Part shown: piece after piece, positions 47,345 through 55,297 of the stretch
How the letters are laid out: every line of letters starts with the position of its first letter
How positions within the stretch are numbered: position 1 is the first letter of the stretch
Assembly: GCA_003670745.1 (NCBI GenBank)
Contig: QWQR01000002.1
Location: forward strand, 1,872 to 65,871
Reading direction: 5' to 3'
DNA from: Chloroflexota bacterium
GTDB taxonomy: Bacteria > Chloroflexota > Limnocylindria > Limnocylindrales > Limnocylindraceae
Length of the DNA stretch: 64,000 nt
Notes under the pieces: generated by a model
Told to the model about the DNA's origin: nothing
The model's database searches: none
What the model saw: only the letters and a program-made list of their open reading frames with translations
Made by a program: the position numbers and the translations under genes

Positions 47345-48174
47345 CGTGGAAGGAGGTCGACCTTCTGGCGCACGAGATCCCAGAAGGGGGCGATGCCGTG
47401 CAGCTCAGCGAATTGAATGGGGCTCTTGGCGGCCGAGACGGTGACACGATCGCCGACGGCGAGCGGCTCGTCGATCCATCCGTCGACGGAGATCACCGCC
47501 TCCTCCCCTGCGACCACGGTGCAGGTGACGCTCTGCGTCGGCGAGACGACGACCGAGCGCAGCGTTGCTAGGTAGGCGGCGATCGGCGTCACGACCAGGT
47601 TGCGGCTAATCGGGTCAAGGATCGGCCCGCCCGCCGAGAACGAATATCCAGTCGATCCGGTTGGCGAGGCGACGATGACCCCATCGGCAACGTAGGTGCC
47701 AAGGTGCGAATCGCCGATCGCTACGTCGAGTCTCAGCACGCGCGGGAGTGCGCCGCGGGCCACGACCACGTCGTTCAGCGCGTTGAGCTGTTCACGCTCG
47801 CCACTGACGCGGACCACCTCAGCGGCGAGCGCCATGCGCTCCTGCTGCGACCAGCGACCCGCCAGGATGGCGTTGAGGGCTTCAACGAGTTGAAACGATT
47901 CAGCGCGAGCAAGGAAGCCGACCTTGCCGAGGTTGATGCCGAGGATCGGGATCGCGGTGCCAGCCACTGCGGCGGCGGCGCGCAAGAAGGTTCCATCGCC
48001 GCCGAGGGAGATGAGAATCTCGCTTCCGGGGAGCGCGGCGGCGATCGCCACGGAATCTTCGGCGGCATAGCCCCACGATGCGACGCCGTTTGCCGAGCAC
48101 CAGCCCGCGGCCTGATCCCACGCCTCTTGCGCGAGGTCGTTGGTTGGGTTGTAGACGAAGCCGAAGCGCCGCAT
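47341..48174 (-). CDS. nadK: NAD(+) kinase
   Basis: GGDGT motif (GGDGTFLRAA) and NGxG...GS motifs. Start taken at MRRFGFVYNP; the track ORF extends to 48285 and would overlap dxs. Confidence 0.85.
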   Translation of the reverse strand: MRRFGFVYNPTNDLAQEAWDQAAGWCSANGVASWGYAAEDSVAIAAALPGSEILISLGGDGTFLRAAAAVAGTAIPILGINLGKVGFLARAESFQLVEALNAILAGRWSQQERMALAAEVVRVSGEREQLNALNDVVVARGALPRVLRLDVAIGDSHLGTYVADGVIVASPTGSTGYSFSAGGPILDPISRNLVVTPIAAYLATLRSVVVSPTQSVTCTVVAGEEAVISVDGWIDEPLAVGDRVTVSAAKSPIQFAELHGIAPFWDLVRQKVDLLPR

Positions 48175-48223
48175 GTGTGCATCATCGCACAGCGGCGCCG
48201 CTCGGCGCCGTACTAGCGTGGGC

Positions 48224-50197
48224 TCAGGAGCGGGGGCGCGCCTCCCAGGCGGCGCGAATCTGGCGCTCGATCCCAGCGTCATCAAGGCCGATCAGCGTAC
48301 GCAGGTCACTGACGCTTCCGTGGTCGACGAAGCTCCCTGCTGGAATGCCGACGGTAAGGAGGCGCGCGGTCACGGGGACGCCACCCGCCGCCTCGTCTGC
48401 GGCGAGCGACTCGAGCACCGCGCCACCGAATCCGCCAGAGACGACGCTCTCCTCGAGGGTCACGAGGAGCTTGCTGCTCCGGCCGAGTTTGCGGAAAAGT
48501 GCATCATCGAGCGGCTTCGCCCAGATCGCGTTCACCACGCCAACGCTCATGCCGCTGGCGCGCAGGCGCTCAGCGACGGCGAGTGCGCGATGGATGATCG
48601 GCCCGAAGGCCGCGATCACAACATCGCTCCCCTCAGCGAGCACCTCGGAGCGACCGATTGGAAGCGGTACTGGCTCACGCGGCGGAACCCCCTGCGCCGC
48701 GTCGCGCGGGTAGTGAATCGTGAACGGGTGATCCTGCGCCAGCGCGGTGCGCACCAGAGCGCGGAGCTGCTGCTCGTCGGCGGGCGAGGCGATGATCAGT
48801 CGCGGGATCTGGCGGTGCGCAGGGAGGGTGAACATCCCCTGGTGGCTCGTGCCATCTTCGCCGACCAATCCAGCGCGATCGACGCCGATGAGCACCGGCT
48901 GGTCGTTCTGACAAACGTCATGAACGATTTGGTCCCAGGCGCGCTGCAGGAAGGTTGAGTAGATCGCAACCACTGGGCGTCCGCCACCCATCGCAATCCC
49001 TGTCGCCGCAGCCACCGCGTGCTGCTCGGCGATCCCGACGTCGTAGAAGCGATCTGGGTACGCGGCGGCAAATGTGTCAAGGCCAGTCCCGGTCGGCATA
49101 CCAGCGGTGATCGCGACGATACGTCGATCGTCTTTCGCGGCGGCGACCACCTCTGCGGCGAAGAACGAGGTGTAGTTCGCCTTCTTCGGTGTCGGCGGTA
49201 CAGGATCCGACCCGCGCTTCCCGTAGCTGTCCGTCTCAATCTCGATCTTCGGGAGCGCAGCACCGTGATAGGTCACAGGGTCGGCCTCGGCGGGTCGATA
49301 GCCGCGACCCTTCTGGGTGCGCACATGCACGATCACGGGGCCAGGCATCGCGAACGAGGCTTCGAACGCCTCCTCAAGCGCTGCGCGGTTGTGACCATCA
49401 AGGACGCCCACGTAGGTGATGCCGAGATCTTCAAAGAGTCGACCCGGCTCCTGCGCGAAGCTCACCACGGAGCGTCGTAGGCTCTTTGAGAGGCGCAGCG
49501 CGAATCCGCCCACAAGCGGAATGGAGCCGACCACGCGATCGTAGGCACCCTTGCTGCCGCGCCAGCCGCTCGAGAGCTTCACCTTGGAGAGGTAGGTCGA
49601 GATCGCCCCAACGGTCGGCGAGATCGACATCTCATTGTCGTTCAGCACGATCAGCATGCGCGTTCCACGATGGCCAATATCGTTGAGCGCCTCGAGGCTG
49701 AGCCCGCTCATGAGTGCTGCGTCGCCAACGACCACCGCAACACGCTCGTCGCCCGAGCGGACATCGCGCGCGAGGGCGATCCCCTGTCCAATGGAGATGC
49801 CGGTACCCGCGTGGCCGCCGTCAAAGACGTCGTGTGGTGACTCAGAGCGCCGAGGGAATCCGCCGATGCCACCAAGTTGTCGCAGGCTGCCGAATCGCGC
49901 GAGTCGACCGGTGAGCAGCTTGTGTGGGTACGCTTGGTGACCGGTGTCAAAGACGATGCGATCGACCGGTGAGTTCATCACGCGGTGCAGTGCAATCGTG
50001 AGCTCGACCACACCGAGGCTTGGGCCGAGATGGCCACCGGTAACCGCCGTGGTGGCGACCATCGCGTGACGAATCTCTTCGGCGAGTTGGTCGAGCTGCG
50101 CGGCGCTCAGCCCCTTCAGGTCGGCGGGGCCGGCAAGGTTGGCGAGGAGCGACTCACTCCCTACAGCGCGAAGGGCAATCCCGTCGTCAGCCATCAC
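48224..50197 (-). CDS. dxs: 1-deoxy-D-xylulose-5-phosphate synthase
   Basis: TPP-binding GHLGPSLG and GDG...NDN motifs; transketolase-like domains. Confidence 0.95.
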   Translation of the reverse strand: MMADDGIALRAVGSESLLANLAGPADLKGLSAAQLDQLAEEIRHAMVATTAVTGGHLGPSLGVVELTIALHRVMNSPVDRIVFDTGHQAYPHKLLTGRLARFGSLRQLGGIGGFPRRSESPHDVFDGGHAGTGISIGQGIALARDVRSGDERVAVVVGDAALMSGLSLEALNDIGHRGTRMLIVLNDNEMSISPTVGAISTYLSKVKLSSGWRGSKGAYDRVVGSIPLVGGFALRLSKSLRRSVVSFAQEPGRLFEDLGITYVGVLDGHNRAALEEAFEASFAMPGPVIVHVRTQKGRGYRPAEADPVTYHGAALPKIEIETDSYGKRGSDPVPPTPKKANYTSFFAAEVVAAAKDDRRIVAITAGMPTGTGLDTFAAAYPDRFYDVGIAEQHAVAAATGIAMGGGRPVVAIYSTFLQRAWDQIVHDVCQNDQPVLIGVDRAGLVGEDGTSHQGMFTLPAHRQIPRLIIASPADEQQLRALVRTALAQDHPFTIHYPRDAAQGVPPREPVPLPIGRSEVLAEGSDVVIAAFGPIIHRALAVAERLRASGMSVGVVNAIWAKPLDDALFRKLGRSSKLLVTLEESVVSGGFGGAVLESLAADEAAGGVPVTARLLTVGIPAGSFVDHGSVSDLRTLIGLDDAGIERQIRAAWEARPRS

Positions 50198-50514
50198 GCC
50201 TCCTCGTCGTCATCTTCGTCGTCGCTCTCATCATCATCGCTGTCGAGTGGCGAGACCGCTCCGCTGGGGAGCAGCTCCTCGACGCGCAGGCGCGCCGCGG
50301 CGAGCAGCTCTTCGGCTCGCCGCTGCACGGCGACGCCGCGCTCGTAGTGCGCGACGGCCGACTCGAGCCCACCATCATCGGCCTCGAGCGCCTCAACGAT
50401 CGCGCGCAGCTCAATCATCGCCGCCTCAAAATCGTCGGGGAGCGGCCCGGTGCCGGCTTGAGGGGCGCGTGCCGCGCGCTTCGCTCCGCTCGGTGCCTTG
50501 CGCTTCGCTACCAC
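50194..50514 (-). CDS. xseB: Exodeoxyribonuclease VII small subunit
   Basis: XseB helical core with acidic C-terminal tail; located between dxs and xseA. Confidence 0.8.
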   Translation of the reverse strand: MVAKRKAPSGAKRAARAPQAGTGPLPDDFEAAMIELRAIVEALEADDGGLESAVAHYERGVAVQRRAEELLAAARLRVEELLPSGAVSPLDSDDDESDDEDDDEEA

Positions 50515-51674
50515 TACTCCCCCCTCTCCTTGCGTCGCTCTGCTGCCGATTCGACCACCGTGGCGGCCAGTCGCCCCTCGGCGAGCCGGACCTGGATCAT
50601 CGCCCCCTTCGGCGCGGAGCGCCAGGAGCGCACGCTGCGCCCGTCGCTCCCCTCAACGATCGCATACCCGCGGGCAAGGATGCCGTACGGCGAGAGCGCC
50701 GAGATGAGGAGCTCTCCCTGGCGAAGCGTGGCGGCGGCGGAGCGGAGGCTGCGGCGGAGCGCCGCGGCGAGGTCGTCGGCGAGAAGGGCGAGTCGCTCCC
50801 CCTCACGCGCGAGGCGAAGGAGCGGCGAGACGCGGGCGAGGGAGCGGCGCTCCGCGGAGGCGGCCGCGATGGCTCCAGCAATACGTGCGGCGATCGCACG
50901 CGATCCCTGGCGCACGAGGCGTGTCGGCTCAAGGCGCAACTCTTCGCCGCCCGCCGAGAGGAGCGCCGCGCCGATGCTCGGCGTGCCGGCACGAGCGTCG
51001 GCAACCAGATCGGCGAGCGTCACATCGGATTCGTGTCCAACGGCGGAGAGCACGGGGAGCCGACTCGCCGCGATCGCGCGCAGCAGCTCTTCATTATTAA
51101 AGGCGCTCAGGTCGTCGGCAGAGCCGCCGCCGCGCGCCAGCAGGATCACCACAGGGGCATCGCCGCGGCCTGCACGCTCTTCGGTGAGCGCGCGTGCGTT
51201 GATGCGCGCGATCGCAGCGACGAGCTCCTTCGGTGCGTCGGCACCCTGAACCGCGGCGTGCGCAAGGAGGAGTCGCGAGAGCGGCGCGCGGCGACGGAGC
51301 ACTCGGAGCACGTCGTGCAGCACCGCACCAGAGCGCGAGGTGACGATGGCGATCCCCAGTGGCGCATCCGGCATTGGGCGCTTGCGCGCGCTGTCGAAGA
51401 GCCCCTCCTCTTGAAGACGGCGCTTCAACGCCTCGAGCTCGCGCGAGAGGAGCCCCGCCCCGCCGAGCGGCACGATGCTGCTCGCGACAAGCTGATAGCG
51501 GCTACGCGGCGCGTAGAGATCGACGCGGCCGCGGGCGATCACCACCTCGCCGACCGCGGGTGGCTGCTCGCCGGGTCGGATGGCACCACGGAAGCGCACG
51601 ATGTCGAGGGTCGACTCGGCATCGCGCAGCGTCACATAGTCGTGACCTGCGGCACTTCGCAGCGAACTCTGCAC
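50514..51674 (-). CDS. xseA: Exodeoxyribonuclease VII large subunit (as called from GTG 51674; conserved N-terminal sequence continues upstream to ~51788 without a canonical start)
   Basis: OB-fold motif GHDYVTLRD and catalytic core. In-frame upstream codons encode ...ALSVSEVAARIRARIAGDDELVDCIVAGE, which is typical of the XseA N-terminus. Confidence 0.85.
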   Translation of the reverse strand: MQSSLRSAAGHDYVTLRDAESTLDIVRFRGAIRPGEQPPAVGEVVIARGRVDLYAPRSRYQLVASSIVPLGGAGLLSRELEALKRRLQEEGLFDSARKRPMPDAPLGIAIVTSRSGAVLHDVLRVLRRRAPLSRLLLAHAAVQGADAPKELVAAIARINARALTEERAGRGDAPVVILLARGGGSADDLSAFNNEELLRAIAASRLPVLSAVGHESDVTLADLVADARAGTPSIGAALLSAGGEELRLEPTRLVRQGSRAIAARIAGAIAAASAERRSLARVSPLLRLAREGERLALLADDLAAALRRSLRSAAATLRQGELLISALSPYGILARGYAIVEGSDGRSVRSWRSAPKGAMIQVRLAEGRLAATVVESAAERRKERGE

Positions 51675-51784
51675 CTCACCGGCAACGATGCAGTCGACGA
51701 GCTCATCGTCTCCAGCGATCCGCGCTCGAATGCGCGCAGCGACCTCAGAGACAGAGAGCGCCCCCTCTGGCGCTGCGGGGGGGT

Positions 51785-52342
51785 TCAGACGCGCGTCTGG
51801 TACTCGCCGGTGCGGGTATCGACGCGGACCACGTCACCCGACTCGACGAAGAGTGGGACCTGGATCACGAGGCCGGTCTCGAGTGTCGCCGACTTGCGCG
51901 CGCCAGTGGCGGTATCGCCGGCGAACCCTGGCTCAGCGGCGGTCACCTTCAGGTCGATGTTGATCGGCAGCTCCACGCCGAGCGTCTCCCCCTCGTAGCT
52001 GATGCGCTCGAGCTCGAGGCCATCCTTGATGTAGTCCTTCGCCTCGGCGAGCTGTGCAGCGGTGATCACGAACTGGTCGTAGCTGTTCGTGTCCATGAAG
52101 GTGAAGTCGCTCCCATCGGAGAAGAGGAACTGCACCTTGCGTCGCTCGAGGTTTGCGCGGGGAAACTTCTCGCCAGCCTGGAAGGTCTTCTCGACGATCG
52201 ACTGCTTACGCACGTTGCGGAACTTAATCCGCACCTGCGCGGAGCCACGCCCCACCTTGATGTGGTGATAGTCGAGGATCTGCCAGAGGTCGCCCTCAAG
52301 CTCGATCACGACCCCCTTCTTCAGCTCACCGGTCGAGATCAT
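51785..52342 (-). CDS. efp: Elongation factor P
   Basis: MISTGELKKG...KVGRGSAQVRIKFRNV with the conserved modification-site region. Confidence 0.95.
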   Translation of the reverse strand: MISTGELKKGVVIELEGDLWQILDYHHIKVGRGSAQVRIKFRNVRKQSIVEKTFQAGEKFPRANLERRKVQFLFSDGSDFTFMDTNSYDQFVITAAQLAEAKDYIKDGLELERISYEGETLGVELPINIDLKVTAAEPGFAGDTATGARKSATLETGLVIQVPLFVESGDVVRVDTRTGEYQTRV

Positions 52343-52390
52343 GTGGCCTCCTTGCAGGTGGGACCCTTCGGGCCCCGAATCCTCGCAAGT

Positions 52391-53611
52391 CTAGCCGAGG
52401 ACGATCGGATCCGATGGGAAGCGGGTCAGCCGCTCAAGGCGCCCCGCCGCAAGGTCTACGGCGACGAGATCTTCGATGCGCACGCCGATGCGCTCCTCGA
52501 TATAAATCCCAGGCTCCACGCTGAAGACCGTGGGTGACGGAAGCGGATCGGTGGCGGCACCGCGCGAGAGTGACGGCGACTCATGGGTCTGCAGGCCGAT
52601 GCCATGACCGAGGCCGTGATCGTAGACGCCAGCAACGCTGCCGATCGCGGCGCGCGCCGCCTCGTCTGCTGCGCGCCCGGAGGGGAGCGCCGTGGCGTGA
52701 TCGCTAATGGCGCCCTGCAACAGTTCGATCGCGGCAGACTGGCCGCGCAAGACGCGCAGGTAGATCTCGCGATCTTCGGCGGACGGCTCGCCGAGAAAGA
52801 GCGTGCGCGTCATGTCGCTTCTGTAGCCAGCGACCTGTGCACCGAAGTCGAAGAGGATCACCTCTCCTGCCCGTAGGGCCCGTTCACCAGGGTTGCCGTG
52901 TGGCAGTGCGGCGTTCCCGCCAGCGAGTGCGGCGACATCAAAGGCGAGCGCCTCTGCGCCCCCCTCGCGCATCGCCCGCTCGAGCGACCAGGCGAGCGCC
53001 GCCTCGGTAGTACCTGGGCGAATCTGCGGGAGCAGCCCCGCGAGCGCTCGGTCGGCTACGGCGCATGCGGCGGCAATCCGCTCAATCTCCGCCGCCTCTT
53101 TAGTGGCGCGCAGCTGCACCCCCCAGCCGCGCGCAGCGAGCAGCTCAACACCTGGCGTTGTCGCTGCGATCCGCTCCCAAACGGCGTGACGAATGGTGTG
53201 CGGGTCGAGCGCGAGTCGCCGCGCCCCGCCGCGCGCCACCCAGGTGCCGACCGCTGCCCCAGCGTCGCTTCCGTAGTCGATCGCCTCCGCCTGCGGCGCC
53301 TCGTGGCGCGCCTGCACCGTGTAACGCGAGTCGACAAGGATCGCGAGGCGATCCGCGGTTACCAGAGTCCAGCCGCTCGAACCTGCCGTTGGTTCGTCGT
53401 TTGGGCCGAAGCGCATCCCCGTGAAGTAGCGCGCGTCGGCATGGCTCGTAAGAAGAAGAGCGTCGACCCCCTCCCCCGCCATATGTGCGCGCAGCGCCGC
53501 GATTCGCTTCGGCAGCGCAGCGGCATCAGCCTCATCCCAGCGACGGAGGTCGGCTGCAGTCGGTGGCGGCGCAAAGTCGTCGGGGCGTGGGAGGCGAGCG
53601 ACTACCGCCAC
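52391..53611 (-). CDS. pepP: Xaa-Pro aminopeptidase (M24 family)
   Basis: M24 metal-ligand motifs (DFGA...D; HGLGHGIGL; VEPGIY). A GTG start at 53611 lies 4 nt after the mltG stop. The track's 552-aa ORF has an out-of-frame-looking N-terminal ~146 aa. Confidence 0.8.
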   Translation of the reverse strand: MAVVARLPRPDDFAPPPTAADLRRWDEADAAALPKRIAALRAHMAGEGVDALLLTSHADARYFTGMRFGPNDEPTAGSSGWTLVTADRLAILVDSRYTVQARHEAPQAEAIDYGSDAGAAVGTWVARGGARRLALDPHTIRHAVWERIAATTPGVELLAARGWGVQLRATKEAAEIERIAAACAVADRALAGLLPQIRPGTTEAALAWSLERAMREGGAEALAFDVAALAGGNAALPHGNPGERALRAGEVILFDFGAQVAGYRSDMTRTLFLGEPSAEDREIYLRVLRGQSAAIELLQGAISDHATALPSGRAADEAARAAIGSVAGVYDHGLGHGIGLQTHESPSLSRGAATDPLPSPTVFSVEPGIYIEERIGVRIEDLVAVDLAAGRLERLTRFPSDPIVLG

Positions 53612-53615
53612 GCGG

Positions 53616-54806
53616 CTACTGCCACCCGTACTTACGCGCCTTCGCGTTGTGCTCTGCAAGGGTCTGACTGAAGTCGTGCCTTCCCCCCGAATTGGGGATA
53701 AGAACGAAGTAGAGCTCCTTGCGCGACGTGTCAGGAGCCAACGCCGCCTCAATTGACGCGCGCGTCGGCGAGCAGAGCGGCGAGGGGGGCAGTCCGCGAC
53801 GCACGAAGGTGTTCCAGGCGGCGAGATCTTTGGGGACGCGCGGCGGAATAAGGCCGCTGTACGGCTTCTCAGGGAAGGTCCAGAACTCATAGGTCGACCA
53901 GCGATCGATCGGCAACTTGCGCAGCGCGGCAGAGTCGGCGACCCAAATGATGGACGGGTCGGCGTAGAGCCCCTGGCCCAACTGCAGGCGATAGGTGTAA
54001 ACACCGGCCATGCGCGGCCGCTCGTCGTCGACCGCCGCCTCGCGCTCAACGATTGAGGCGAGAGTTAGCACGTCGTCAAAGCTGCGACCGTCAGGCGCCT
54101 GACCGCGCAGCTCGGCGGGGACCTGCACCGCAAAGCGATCGAGCAGCATGCGCACGAAACCATCGGCGTCGGTGGAGATCGGCACGTTGATCACTCCAGA
54201 GCCGAGTCGCCCCTCGAGCGTTGCGCCGTCAGGAAGGTCGAGCCACGGATAATCAGTAAGGATCGACGCCGAGGGGTTGCGCAGGATCTCATAGACATCC
54301 TTCGCGGCAAACGGAAGATCAATGGTCGTCAACTTCGCGACGATCTGCTCCATGCGGAGGCCGGGCCGCAGCTCCACCGCGATCGCTGGCTCGTGATACG
54401 GCGTGCTCAGCGCCTGAGCGATCTGAACGGGCGTCATTGACGCGGCGACGCGGAAGCGCCCAGCCTGGAGCAGCCCGTCGAGTCCCGCGCGCGAGACGGC
54501 AACGATGAAGCCGGTCTCATCGGCGATGAGTCCCGCCCCCTTCAGTTGTGTTGCAATTGAGGCGGTGCTGCTCCCTGGGTCGATCACTACCGTGATGAGA
54601 GCGGTGTCGCTGCCAGCGGGAGCCGTGATGCGATCGCCGAGTCGATCCGCGGCGATGTCACCGAGGAACGGTAGGGAGAGGATCTTGGGCGATCGGAGCC
54701 CTGCAGAGATGAGCGCGTCGCCGATGATCATCGGTGCGGCGAGCCTCGCGAGGAGGAGCGCAAGGAGAACTCCAACGATGAGCGTGCCGCGCCCGCCGAG
54801 CCTCAT
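53616..54806 (-). CDS. mltG: Endolytic murein transglycosylase MltG (YceG family)
   Basis: N-terminal TM anchor plus YceG domain. Confidence 0.85.
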   Translation of the reverse strand: MRLGGRGTLIVGVLLALLLARLAAPMIIGDALISAGLRSPKILSLPFLGDIAADRLGDRITAPAGSDTALITVVIDPGSSTASIATQLKGAGLIADETGFIVAVSRAGLDGLLQAGRFRVAASMTPVQIAQALSTPYHEPAIAVELRPGLRMEQIVAKLTTIDLPFAAKDVYEILRNPSASILTDYPWLDLPDGATLEGRLGSGVINVPISTDADGFVRMLLDRFAVQVPAELRGQAPDGRSFDDVLTLASIVEREAAVDDERPRMAGVYTYRLQLGQGLYADPSIIWVADSAALRKLPIDRWSTYEFWTFPEKPYSGLIPPRVPKDLAAWNTFVRRGLPPSPLCSPTRASIEAALAPDTSRKELYFVLIPNSGGRHDFSQTLAEHNAKARKYGWQ

Positions 54807-55297
54807 CGCTCCCCTCCCACCGGTCGCGGGAGTCGCAGGCTTGGATCGCGGTAGTCCTCGAGGATCAAGCGCGCCGCCTCGCGGTCGATCGCCGCGCGGT
54901 GCGCCTCGCGACGCGCGGGGCCGGGTGGTCGCGCGCCACCGCCGAGTCGGCCGACACGCTCCTCGGCGCGCTGCGACGAGTAGCGCTCATCGACGAACTC
55001 GCATGGCAGGGCGAGCGCTGCAGAGATGCGCACCGCCCACTCCTCGGTGCGCCGCCCCTGCTCACTCGCCGCACCGTCGCTGTGGAGCGGCAGCCCAACG
55101 ATCAGTCGTGTCGCCCGCTGCTCTGCGCAAATGGTGGTGAGGCGGCGGACATCGTCGTCGATGCTTGCGGCACGTCGCATCGTTGCAAGGCCACGAATAT
55201 CGCCAGCGCCGTCGTCGATCGCAAGGCCGATGCGCGCATCGCCGAGATCGATGCCGAGAAGTCGCTCACCACTCATCGACGCCTCACCCATGCTCAC
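54803..55297 (-). CDS. ruvX: Putative pre-16S rRNA nuclease / Holliday junction resolvase-like RuvX (YqgF)
   Basis: LLGIDLGDARIGLA RNase H-like motif; 4-nt overlaps on both sides. Confidence 0.85.
   Translation of the reverse strand: MSMGEASMSGERLLGIDLGDARIGLAIDDGAGDIRGLATMRRAASIDDDVRRLTTICAEQRATRLIVGLPLHSDGAASEQGRRTEEWAVRISAALALPCEFVDERYSSQRAEERVGRLGGGARPPGPARREAHRAAIDREAARLILEDYRDPSLRLPRPVGGER

Noticed and set aside
52391-54049. 552-aa ORF in the track for the pepP region.
   Set aside because: Its first ~146 aa (R/S/T/P-rich) overlap mltG in another frame. The M24 peptidase homology begins at a GTG at 53611, 4 nt after the mltG stop. So the gene is 52391-53611.
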